Below are positions 39,000-49,259 of a stretch of DNA of 55,099 nt, in pieces. Under the pieces are notes generated by a model. It saw only the letters and a list, made by a program, of their open reading frames with translations. It searched no databases and was not told the origin of the DNA. The stretch is taken from the NCBI RefSeq assembly GCF_004010195.1, contig NC_057719.1:5065311-5120409 (forward strand). Direction: 5' to 3'. This stretch comes from Chiloscyllium plagiosum. Its lineage: Eukaryota. Every line of letters starts with the position of its first letter. Position 1 is the first letter of the stretch. The position numbers and the translations under genes are program-made.

Positions 39000-39315
39000 T
39001 TTTTTTTTAGATTAGATTAGATTACAGTGTAGAAACAGGCCCTTCGGCCCAACAAGTCCACACCGACCCGCCGAAGCGAAACCCACCCATACCCCTACAT
39101 TTACCCTTTACCTAATACTACGGGCAATTTAGTATGGCCAATTCACCTGACCCTGCACATCTTTGTGATGTGGGAGGAAACCGGAGCACCCGGAGGAAAC
39201 CCACGCAGACACGGGGAGAACGTGCAAACTCCACACATTCAGTCGCCTGAGGCGGGAATTGAACCCGGGTCTCTGGCGCTGTGAGGCAGCAGTGCTAACC
39301 ACTGTGCCACCGTGC
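39000..39315 (-). mobile_element. Young HE1-like V-SINE
   Basis: Intact A/B boxes, V core, CpGs retained, (AATCT)3 plus A-run tail. Confidence 0.9.
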
Positions 39316-40206
39316 TGGGGGCCTTCTGCCTGGGGATCGTAGTGAGCAGACTATGTACTGCTGAATCACACTCTTTCTGCAGCGAGATGTCTAATCTTTC
39401 GGCTGCAATGAATACGTAAGACAACTCCCATTTCTATTTTAACCTGGTGTGACTCATTGCAGGTGTTAGGAATATGCAATATTCTGGGGATTTTCTGATT
39501 GAGGTTATCAAGAGTGATGCTCTACTGCCTGGCTCAGATAATGACCCAGGACTAAGCCCTAAAAAATGCAACTATCTAACCTCAGACGCCTGAGTCTGGA
39601 GTGGATATAAAAAAGATTGAATGTGTAATTGGAAACAATTGCTGAGAATTACTGGAAAAGTGATATTTGGGAAATATGTCTAGCGCCACATACCAGATGA
39701 GCATTGGACTCTTCCCTCAGTTTCCTGTCTTACAGTCTCAGACCAGCTAGTGTGAATAATCTGTATTTCTTTGATTTACTGTCCTATTCATGTCAGCTAC
39801 AACTCAATGGGTCCTGACACCCTTGGGACCAAATCCAATACAGGAGACTTAAGCACATTATGCAAATGTATTAATGGAGCAGCACCTTCCCTCCAACTCA
39901 TGTCCAATGCATTTTGTGTCAGAAAACACAAAGTGGAGTAGATTCTTGAAGGCTGTTTCTCCTGGCCGGAGGGTTAAGGGCTAACGGTGATAGTGCCAGA
40001 GTATGGGCACAACCACTGTAGACTGGGATGAGCAGAATAGTCTTTGTTGTGAAGCATTGGAGCTGCCTAGCTCATAGAGCAGCAGATGCGGAGGGATTTG
40101 AGTCTATTCGAGGCTGAGGGTATGGTTTTGGATGTTAACTAGGAATATGGGCATGGGGTGAGAAGGGAGAATTGAAATGGAACACTGTCTTGTTAAATGG
40201 TTCAAG

Positions 40207-40392
40207 TTAAAAATCACACAATAACAGGTTACAGTCCAACCGGTTTATTTGGAGGCACTAGCATTCGGCGCTACCTGATGAAGGAGCGTCGCTCCGAAAG
40301 CTAGTGCTTCCAAATAAACCTGTTGGACTGTAACCTGATACCTGGTTTTTAATTTTGTCCACCCCACTCCAACACTGGCATCTCCACACCAT
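40207..40392 (+). mobile_element. Fold-back Penelope-derived element with hammerhead-like core
   Basis: Arms aggttacagtccaac.ggtttatttgga.gcactagc / gctagtgcttccaaataaacctgttggactgtaacct; core ctgatgaaggagcgtcgctccgaaagcta at 40275-40303. Confidence 0.8.
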
Positions 40393-40501
40393 TATTAAGT
40401 GGTGGAATTACGGGGACTCATTGCTGCTACTTTTAAGTGAGTTGGGACTGAAAGCATTCGCACGTTTTCTAATCCATTCTTTCTGACTGTTTCAATTCCA
40501 G

Positions 40502-41389
40502 GTCAGCGTACGAGATGATTTACTGAGTGATTACTTTAAGAAGAGGAGTGAGCCGTCTGTAATCAGCGCCCATCCCAACAGGAAGGAAGCTGCCAAGATG
40601 TCCACCAGCTACGTGTTGCCTGTTCCAAAGAAACCTTCTGACCCTCGCGCATCAGTGGCTCAACCACAGCCCGGCTCTTCGGCCCAGCCGGAGGCTCCCG
40701 GTCACACTGGCGTTCCCAGGCCAAGAGAGAAGGCGCCGCAAGCCGGGAACCCACCCCCGGGAAATGCCAGGAGCTGCTCGCTGACCCGGGCGCACAGCCT
40801 GGCATCGGCCGACGGGCTGAGAGCAGGCTGCCTGGACCGGCGGGAGGCTCAACACAGGCAGGTGGCCGAAGCTGCCCCGCTGAGCAGCACCAGTGGTTGG
40901 AGATCCACCAGCGACTGCAGGAGCGGGGGGACACCGCACGACAGGCCGCAGTCTGCCAGGCCACTGGGCTCTCAGCCGGCGGTCAGCATCAGCTGCCGTA
41001 CCCTAGACCCCCGGCGCCTCTCCCTGGCTCCCCCGAAGGACGAGAAATGCCTCACGCTCCCTCAGCAGTCCACCGGCGCCGTCCGAAATGGCGGCATTTC
41101 GCCCGGGAGCCCGTCTCCCACCGCGGCAGTGCGTGCGGGTGACGTGGCGCTGGTCTCTCCCGTGCGGGCCACCTGTCATCCAAGCAGTGAGCCAAGAGGC
41201 CGGGGTCAGAGGTCGTGTGAGGATTTGGAGGCCGCCCCCCGACAGAGCAGGGCTCACGAGTACATCGACCCCATGACCGGAGCAGATGATGCGAGTAAAA
41301 GGGGCGGAGGGGGAGCTAAGGGTTCACCAGGGTCTCCCGACACCGGTGACGATCAACAGACCGTGTGGTACGAGTATGGCTGTGTGTGA
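40502..41389 (+). CDS. ccdc88c: CCDC88C/Daple-like terminal coding exon ending in the PDZ-binding motif GCV
   Basis: Acceptor ttcaattccag, phase 0 matching the donor at 11338. Translates VSVRDDLLSDYFKKR...KEAAKM...SLTRAHSLASAD...LDPRRLSLAPPK...QTVWYEYGCV*; DDLLSDYF, SLASAD, RRxSLAPPK and VWYEYGCV are Daple hallmarks. GC/CpG-rich. Confidence 0.93.
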   Translation, partial: VSVRDDLLSDYFKKRSEPSVISAHPNRKEAAKMSTSYVLPVPKKPSDPRASVAQPQPGSSAQPEAPGHTGVPRPREKAPQAGNPPPGNARSCSLTRAHSLASADGLRAGCLDRREAQHRQVAEAAPLSSTSGWRSTSDCRSGGTPHDRPQSARPLGSQPAVSISCRTLDPRRLSLAPPKDEKCLTLPQQSTGAVRNGGISPGSPSPTAAVRAGDVALVSPVRATCHPSSEPRGRGQRSCEDLEAAPRQSRAHEYIDPMTGADDASKRGGGGAKGSPGSPDTGDDQQTVWYEYGCV

Positions 41390-43160
41390 AAACCTTTTGC
41401 TACCTGATTACGTGCCACTTTTATATCGGCTTTGACACAACAGAGTCCTTTGCCATTTCTGATGTTTTCAAGAACAGACGAGACAATGTTTATCGCAACA
41501 CCACACACAACAAAGACAGGAGGTACTCAGGTTCAAATCGGAATGACTTCGATAAAGTATCCACATTTTGAGAATGTGTTGAAACAGACCTGTTTTTGGG
41601 GAACACATTGACCCTCCTTGATTGTAGATTTCATTCCGTTATCTGCTGTTTAGTTGAGCCAGTGGCTTGTTCTGACTCGTTTGAGTTCTTCTTACTGCTT
41701 CAGTAGGCAAGGAAAGAGTTTTTTTTTGTACAAAGCATTAACATATTTAATATCTGAAGAGTTTACTTTCCAGATCAGCAGCTTTTCATAAGCTCTGAGT
41801 GCCTTCCTGCACAAATCACAGACTCTCCCATCACAGCAGGAGGCTATTCGGCCCTTTAGTATTGTGCCAACCCTTTGGAAAAGCTCTTCTGCTCAAATCC
41901 CTGCACATGATATGCTTTCCCTTTGAAAGTTACAATGGGAGTTTATTTTCAGACAGGCTATTCCACCACATCAGGTAGATCTCCCTGACACCCCGTTCCT
42001 GGTTCTTCAGACAATTCCCTAAAACCTGTGTCTTCTAGTAACTGACATTCCTGTCCATTGGAGACAATTTCTCCTCATTTCCCTGATCAGAAACCTTTCT
42101 ACGCCTTTCAAAAATAAGTTTACAATCGAACGCCGTCTGAGCCCTGGACTGAACGTGGATACACATCGAGAGAGAGGCGTGGGAGCACTGTCTGAGCTGG
42201 TGCAGCGGACACAGCATAGCCAGTGGGAAGGAAACCCCAGAGGTTAAAACAAGGCAATTACTCAACCCACCACATGCTGCCCATCAGCAGCTGATAACTA
42301 ACCACCTTCCAAGATTGGGAAGCAGAAAATGCCACTGGAAGTCAATTACGTGTAACAGCTGAATCACAGAGGGTGACCTCACTTTGTGCAGCATTTCCAT
42401 ATTGCAATATTGCCACTTAGCTGCCTTGTACATACTTAGGTCTGTGCTTCTGTCTCTGCATACTGTAAATAAGTGTAAATGGCACCAATATCAGATTCTT
42501 TATTACATTGTTTTTTTCTGAAATCCTGCACAATTTTGTTTTTGCTAAATGATGGTGTTTAAGCTGTACAGCTCAGAAGGACTGTTTTCTCTCTGTGCAA
42601 AGGAACTGCAGCCAGTGGTTTAATCTCTTGCCTGTACCCAGAGTGTTCTGTCTCTCATTGGTGACTATCCTGATCATATCTCATATTGTTCAGACTTTTT
42701 TATTTTAAATTTTGTATTTTTGTTCTGGGAAAGGAAACTGTGTAGTTTTGTTTCCAAATGATTGTCCAGTTGATTTTTTTATTGTTAATTTAAGTACAGA
42801 CCAAATTTGGGGTTAAATAGGAACACTGGAAAAGCAGCAGAGAGATTTCTTGTCTCCTTTTCAAAAAAATACCCGACTTATTCTGTTTGTTGAGAGAGGG
42901 TGATGAATGAACAAAATAAATGGCTGAATATCTTTGCTCTTTGTAAGAATTTAATCAAGCTCTCCAAGGAATAGAAAATGGCCGTTGTGTTGTACATTTC
43001 CTTTTGTCGATAAGGTTTTAAAGATGGGTCTTGATGTAATTAGCTTTGTGATTTATTTGCTGGCCTTGGAGATGCAGACTGATGGAGTATAATGTTGAAA
43101 ATGTACTTTTTCAAACTAACATTTAATTCTTTGTAATAAATATTGCAAAATCATTCTTTC
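41390..43160 (+). other. 3' UTR of the CCDC88C-like gene (end approximate)
   Basis: AT/U-rich, repeat-poor stretch after the stop; AATAAA at 42915-42920 and 43135-43140; dense repeats resume after ~43200. Confidence 0.65.
43135..43140 (+). promoter_or_regulatory. Candidate polyadenylation signal
   Basis: AATAAA preceded by U-rich sequence and TGTA (tctttgtaataaa); a second copy lies at 44184-44189. Confidence 0.55.
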
Positions 43161-43369
43161 TGCACCAGAAAGACATTATTCTTGGGGAGCAGAATGAGAT
43201 TTGGCTGGGTGAGGAGCTCTGCATGTGGTGGTATTCTCACACATCTGCCCCCTCTAGGTGGCAGAAGTCACAGGTTTGACAGGTGTGGTGGTGAGTTGCT
43301 ACGGTGCACCCCTTGGATGGTGTACACCGCTGCAATCTCAATGGTGCAGGGAGTGAATAGATTCCCTAA

Positions 43370-43681
43370 AGTGTGGGAGTAGGCCATTTGGCCCATCCAG
43401 TCTGTACCAACCCTCCAAGAGGATCCTATCCAGACCCATCCCATCCCTGTAACCCTGCACTTCCCATGGCTAACCCACCTAGTCTGCACATCCCTGAACA
43501 CTATGGGGCAATTTAGCATGGCCAATCCACGCTAAACTGAACGTCTCTGGACTGTGGGAGGAAACTGGAGCACCCAGAAACCCACACGGACACGGGGGAA
43601 TGAACAAACTCAACACAGACAATTGATCCCAGGTCCCTGGCACTATGATGGAGCAGTGCTAACCACTGAGCCAGCGTGCCA
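43370..43681 (-). mobile_element. HE1-like V-SINE
   Basis: Reverse-complement head gcagtgctaaccactgagcca and V core. Confidence 0.8.
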
Positions 43682-44344
43682 ATTGAGTTAGGACTTAGCA
43701 CAATCATATACAATAGAGAGCCGATGTTCTAGTAGTGTTATTGCTGGACTATTAATCCAGAGACCGTGCTCATACTCTGGGGACCCAGGTTGGAATCCTA
43801 CCACAGAGGTCAGTGGAATTTGAATTCAGTTAATAAAAATCTGGAGTTAAGAATCTACAGATGACTAATAATCCATTGTCAATTGTTGGAAAACCCCACC
43901 TGCCTCACCAATGTCCTTGAGGGAAAGAAATCTACCCATCCTTACCTGGTCTGGTCTGCTTGTGACCTCAAACTGCCCTCTGAAATGGCCTAACAAACTT
44001 CAATGATTATGAAGTTTCAAGAAAGAAATTAAACCGGATAGACCACCTGGCATCAGCAGTAAGCATCGGAAAAGAGAATGGCAGAAACAGCCTGTCAATT
44101 CAGCAGAGTCCTCCTCGCAGCGGCAGACTGATGGAGTATAATATTCAAAATGTTCTTTTTCAAACTAACATTTAATTCTTTGTAATAAATATTGCAAAAT
44201 CATTCTTTGTCTAGCAGAGAGACATTATTCTTCAGAAACAGAATGGGACAGCTGGCTGGGCTAGTGCTTATTGCCCATCCCTAGTTGCCCCTTGAGAAGT
44301 TAGAGGTGAACTGACTTCTTGAACCGCTGCAGTCCACGTGCTGT

Positions 44345-46300
44345 CGAGACAAATAAACTGCAGACACTGGAATCCCAAAGTAGACAGGCGGGAGGCTGAA
44401 ACAACACTCAAAGCCAGCAGCACCAGGAGGTGGAGAAATCAACATTTTGGGTATCACCCTTCTTCAGGACTGGGGGTGGGGGAAGCTGCAGATAAAGGGA
44501 TTGGCTGGGGCATGGTGGTGAAGTGGGGATAGGTGAAGACAGGTAGAAAGTACAACCTGGTTAGTCAATGAGAGGAATGAATCCGGTTAGTGGAAGGGAG
44601 GGGGGAGGGGCTGGGAAGGGAGTTGGGGATGGGAAGGGGGCTTATTTAAGATTGGAGAACTCAATGTTGAGTCCTCCAGGCTGTAGGCTGCCCAGGCAAA
44701 AGACAAGGTGTTGTTCCTCCAATTTGCACAGTGGTTCATTGTGGCAATGGAGGAGGCCGAGGGTGGTCATGTCAGAAAGGGAGTGGGAGGGGGAACTGAA
44801 ATGGGTGGTGACTGGGAGGTCCGGTTGGCACCTACGGGCCTGGCTGCAATGTTTGGTCTCCTGGATGTAGAGAAGATCACATCGGGAGCACCTGATGCAG
44901 AAAACTAGGTTGGAGGAGAGGCAGGTGAACCTCTGTCTCGCTGAGAAGGGCTGTTTGGGGCCCTGGATGGAGGGGAGGGGGGTGGTGCTGCAGCAAATTT
45001 TGCATCTTCTCCCGATGCAGGGGAAAGTGCCCGGGGGTCGGTGGGGAGAATGGCTCAAACCAAGGACTGTCAAAGGGAACGGTCCTTGCGGAAGGCAGAG
45101 AGAGGTGGGGAGGGGAAGATGTTCTTGGTGGTGGGGTGTTTACGGATGATGCGTTGAATGCGGAGACTGGTGGGGTGGTAGTGAGGACCAGGGAACTCTG
45201 TCTTTATTGCGTGTTGGGGGTGTTTAGAGCACTGGAACAGGAAATGGAGGTGTGTGGTGGAGGTATGTGGTTAACAGAGGGAGGAAAAGCACGTTGTTCG
45301 AAATAGGTGGGCATCTGGGAGCAGATGGAGTGAAATGTCTCCTCGTCTGAGCAGATGCGGTGGAGGAATTGGGAAAACGATGTGGAGTTCTTGCAGGATA
45401 ATGGGTGGGAGGAGGCGTAGTTCAGGTAATTATGGGAGTCTGTGGGTTTGTCGTAAACATCTGTCTTTAGACTGTCACCGGAGATGGAAGTGGAGAGGTC
45501 AAGGTACGGGAGGGAGGTATCCAAGTTGGACCAAGTTGAATTTGAGGGCAGGGTGGAAGTTGTGGGTGAAGTCAATGAACTGCTCCAGTTCAGTCTGGGT
45601 GCAGGAAATTGCACCGATGCAGTCATCGATGTAACGGCAGACGAGTTGGGGCACAGTGCCAGTGTAGGTACTGAAGAGGGACTGTTTGACGTGGCCGACA
45701 AAGAGGCAAGCGTAGCTAGGTCCCATCCGGTGCCCGTGGCCACCCCTTAGATTTTGGAGTGATGGAAGAAGTTTAAGGAATTGTTATTGAGGTTGAGGAC
45801 CAGTTCAGTGAGGCGGAGGAGGGTATGAGTGGAGGGAGGGCTGGATAGACCTATTGGAGAGCCTGGAGACCATCCTTATGGGGTATAGATGTGTATAAAG
45901 ACTGCATGTCCATAGTGAAGATAAAGCACTAAGGTGATGAAGGGCTTATGCCCGAAACGTCGATTCTCCTGTTCCTTGGATGCTGCCTGACCTGCTGTGC
46001 TTTACCAGCAACACATTTTCAGCTCTGATCTCCAGCATCTGCAGACCTCACTTTCTCCATAAAGCACTAAGGGGCAGGCTACTGGACGTTCCTGACGAGA
46101 TGGAGGGTGTGGTTGGCTATCGAGCTGTACGTGGGAAGTGCCTGAACTAAAGAGAGCGAGGATGGAGTCAAGTTAGGACGAGATGAGTTTGGTGGGGCAG
46201 GCGCATGCCAAGATGATAGGTCAGCCAGGGTAGTTGGGCTTGTGGATCTTGGGAAGCAGATCATTACGGGGCTGGGGGACTATGAGGCGGTGGAGAGGAT
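44345..46300 (-). mobile_element. Penelope-like element relic (RT + GIY-YIG endonuclease, frameshifted)
   Basis: RT motifs MGPSYACLF and RYIDDCIG, KPTDSHNYL; GIY-YIG-type FTCLSSNLVFCIRCSRCDLLYIQETK and C-terminal LGSLQPGGLN. Confidence 0.9.
45935..46058 (+). mobile_element. Short Penelope-derived insert nested in the Penelope relic
   Basis: 14 bp TSD ataaagcactaagg (45921-45934 / 46059-46072); begins at tgatgaagggcttatgcccgaaacgtc. Confidence 0.85.
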
Positions 46301-46354
46301 AAAGGCACAGACAGTGTGACTGATTTTGGCCTGATGGGTCACAGAGGGATCATG

Positions 46355-46950
46355 GGGACTCTCCTCCACCTCGCCAAACTGGTCCTCACCTTTAATAACC
46401 TTTCCTTTAGGTGGTCTTCTCTACATCGGGAGACCAAACGTAAACTTCAGGAACGGTTCACTGAGTATCACAGCCGGGCCCGTAGGGGCTGGCTGGACCT
46501 CCCTTCGCCGCCCATTTCAATTCCCCCTCCCACTCCCTTTCCGACATGACTATCCTTGGCTTCCTCCATTGCCACAACGAACCAAACTGCAAATTGGAGG
46601 AACAACACCTCATCTTCTACCTGGGCAGCCTGCAGCCTGAAGGATTCAACATTGAGTTCTTCAATTTCAAATAACCTCTCTCCCCAATCCCCCAACTCCC
46701 TTCCCAGCCTCTCCCCTCCCCCCTTCCACTCCTCCCTGCCACCAATCGGATTAATTCCTCCAGTTGACCAGCCAGGTCTTACCCTCTCCCTGTCTTCACC
46801 TATCCCCACTTCACCACCCTGTCCCCACCACCCCCTTTATCTGCAGCTTTTCCCACCCCCAGTCCTGAAGAAGGGTTACACCCAAAACGTCAACTTCTCC
46901 ACCTCCTGATGCTGCCTGGCTTGCTGTGTTCTTCCAGCCTCCTGCCTGTC
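46355..46950 (+). mobile_element. Penelope-like 3' fragment, inverted relative to 44378-44872
   Basis: Reverse-complement homology to the endonuclease end and terminal region of the adjacent (-) element. Confidence 0.85.
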
Positions 46951-47029
46951 CTTGTGCTGTAGGCTGACCCACAATTGGAGGGAATTCCAGGATTTTTGAC
47001 CCAAGAGTGACTCCGCTGCAGTGCTACTG

Positions 47030-49170
47030 TCGAGCTGGTCGATGCTAAAGGATATAGCTGTTAAACTGGCTCTGTGGCAGATGGTGAGGGAACCAATAAG
47101 AGAGAAAAACATACTTGACCTCATCCTTACCAATCTGTCAGCTGTAGATGCATCTGTCCATGACAGTTTTGGTAAGAGTGACCACTGCACAGTTCTTGAG
47201 GAAACGACATCCCACCTTCACAATGAAAATATCCTCCATCGTGCTGTGTGGCACTACCACCATGCTAGGTGGGACAGACTTCAAACCGATCTAGCAACTC
47301 AAGACTGGACATCCATGAGATTGTACTCCAGCACAATCTGTAACCTCATGGCCCGGCATATCCCCGACACAACATTACCAGAGGATTAACCCTGGTTCAA
47401 TGGAGAGTGTAGGAGGGCATGCCAGGAGCATGAGGATGAGGCATCAGCATGGTGAAGCCACCAAACAGGACTACTGAAAGTGAGGACCACAGATGCTGGC
47501 GATCAGAGTCGAAAAGTGTGGCGCTGGAAAAGCACAGCAGGTCAGGCAGCATCCGTGGAGCAGAGGAGTTGACGTTTCGGGTATAAGCCCTTCATCAGGA
47601 ATATGGGATGGGGGACTACTTACGTGCCAAACAGAATCAGCAGCAAGTGATTGACAGAGCTAAGCAATCCCAAGACCAATGGATCTGATCAAAGCTCTGC
47701 AGTCCTGCCACATCCAGTCGTGAATGATGGTGGACAACTAAACAATTCACTGGAGGAGGGGGAGGCACCACAGTTGTGCCCATCCTCAATAATGGAAGAG
47801 CCCAGTACATCATTGCTGTGAATGCTTCTATCTTGTTTTGCAATCTTCAGCCAAATGTGCTGAGCAGATAATCTATCTTGGCCTCCTCTGGTGGTCCCCA
47901 GAATCACAGACACCAGTCTTCAGCCAATTCAATGCACTCACATGTTATCAGGAAACAGCTGGAGGCACTGGATACTGCAAAAGCCATGGGCTCTGATAAC
48001 ATTGCAGCAATAGTTCTGAACACGTGTGCTCCGGAATATGTCAGTCCTCTAAGCCCAGCTGTTCCAGTATAGTTACAGCACTGGCCTCTACCTAACAATG
48101 TGGAAAATTGTCCAGGTATGTTCTGCACACAGAAAGCAGGACATATCAAATCCAGGCAATTACTGCCCCATAGGTCTACTCTCAATCATCAATAAAGATG
48201 GAAGGGAGTCATCAACAGTGCTATCAAGCAGCACCTGCTCAGCAATAACCTACACAGTGGCACCCAGTTTTTGTAATGCCAGGGCCACTCAGCCCCTGGC
48301 CCCATTACAGCCTTGCTACAGAAAGTATTGAATTCCAGAGAGGAGGGGAGAGTGACTGCATTTGATGGAGTGTGGCATCAAGGAGCCCCGGCAAAACTTG
48401 GTATCAATGGATAACGGGGGTATACTCTTCCTGGATGGAGTCATACCTGGCAGATGTTGTGAATACTGGAGGTCAGTCATCTCAGCTCCAGGACATCTCT
48501 GCAGGAGTTCCTCAGAGTAGTGTCCTCGAGCCAACCATCTTCAGCTGCTTCATCAATGATCTCCCCTCCATCGTAAGGTCAGAAGTGGGATGTTCACTGA
48601 TGGTTGCATAATATTCAGCACCTGAAGCAGTCCATGTTCAAATGCAACAAGATCTGGACAATATGGCAAGTAACATTCATGCCACACAAATGCCAGGTAA
48701 TAACCATTTCCAATAAAAACAATCTAATCACCATCCCTTGACATTCAATGGCGATACTATCACTGAATCCCTCACTATCAACATCCTTAGGGTTACCATT
48801 GACCAGAAACTCAACTGGACTCACTACATAAATACAGTGGCTACAACAGCAGGTCTGAGGCTAGGAACACTGCAGCAAGTAACTCACCTCCTGACTCTCC
48901 AAACCCATTCACTACCTTCAACATTAACTCCTTCACCAGTGACACACAGCGGCAGTGAGTCTCTACCTTTACACATGGAGTGCCTTGCTTTCAAATCCTC
49001 CCAACCAGACTTGGAATCCCTTCACTGTCACTGTGCCAAGTCCTGGAAATCCCTCACAAACTGTGCAGTGGGTTCACAGACACCAAACCCAACTCTAGTG
49101 CTCCAGCAGTTCCCCATCACTTACTCAAAAAGAAAATCTGGTCATGCCAGCAATACCCAGATCCCACAAA
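47030..49170 (+). mobile_element. LINE ORF2 relic (second family) with nested Penelope-derived insert 47476-47612 (TSD ggactact)
   Basis: EN end NILDLILTN...GKSDH, NYCPIGLLS, AGVPQSSVLEPTIFSCFINDL, shared 3' tail. Confidence 0.9.
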
Positions 49171-49259
49171 TGAAAAGATATGTGAAACACCTCAAGGCAT
49201 TTTACAACTTTAAATTCACCACTAGATTAGTGCAAATTGTTGTCTGCTAGAAGAGCAGG

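Noticed and set aside
40563..41276. Overlapping alternative and antisense ORFs in the last exon
   Set aside because: Expected by-product of high GC content in a real coding exon.
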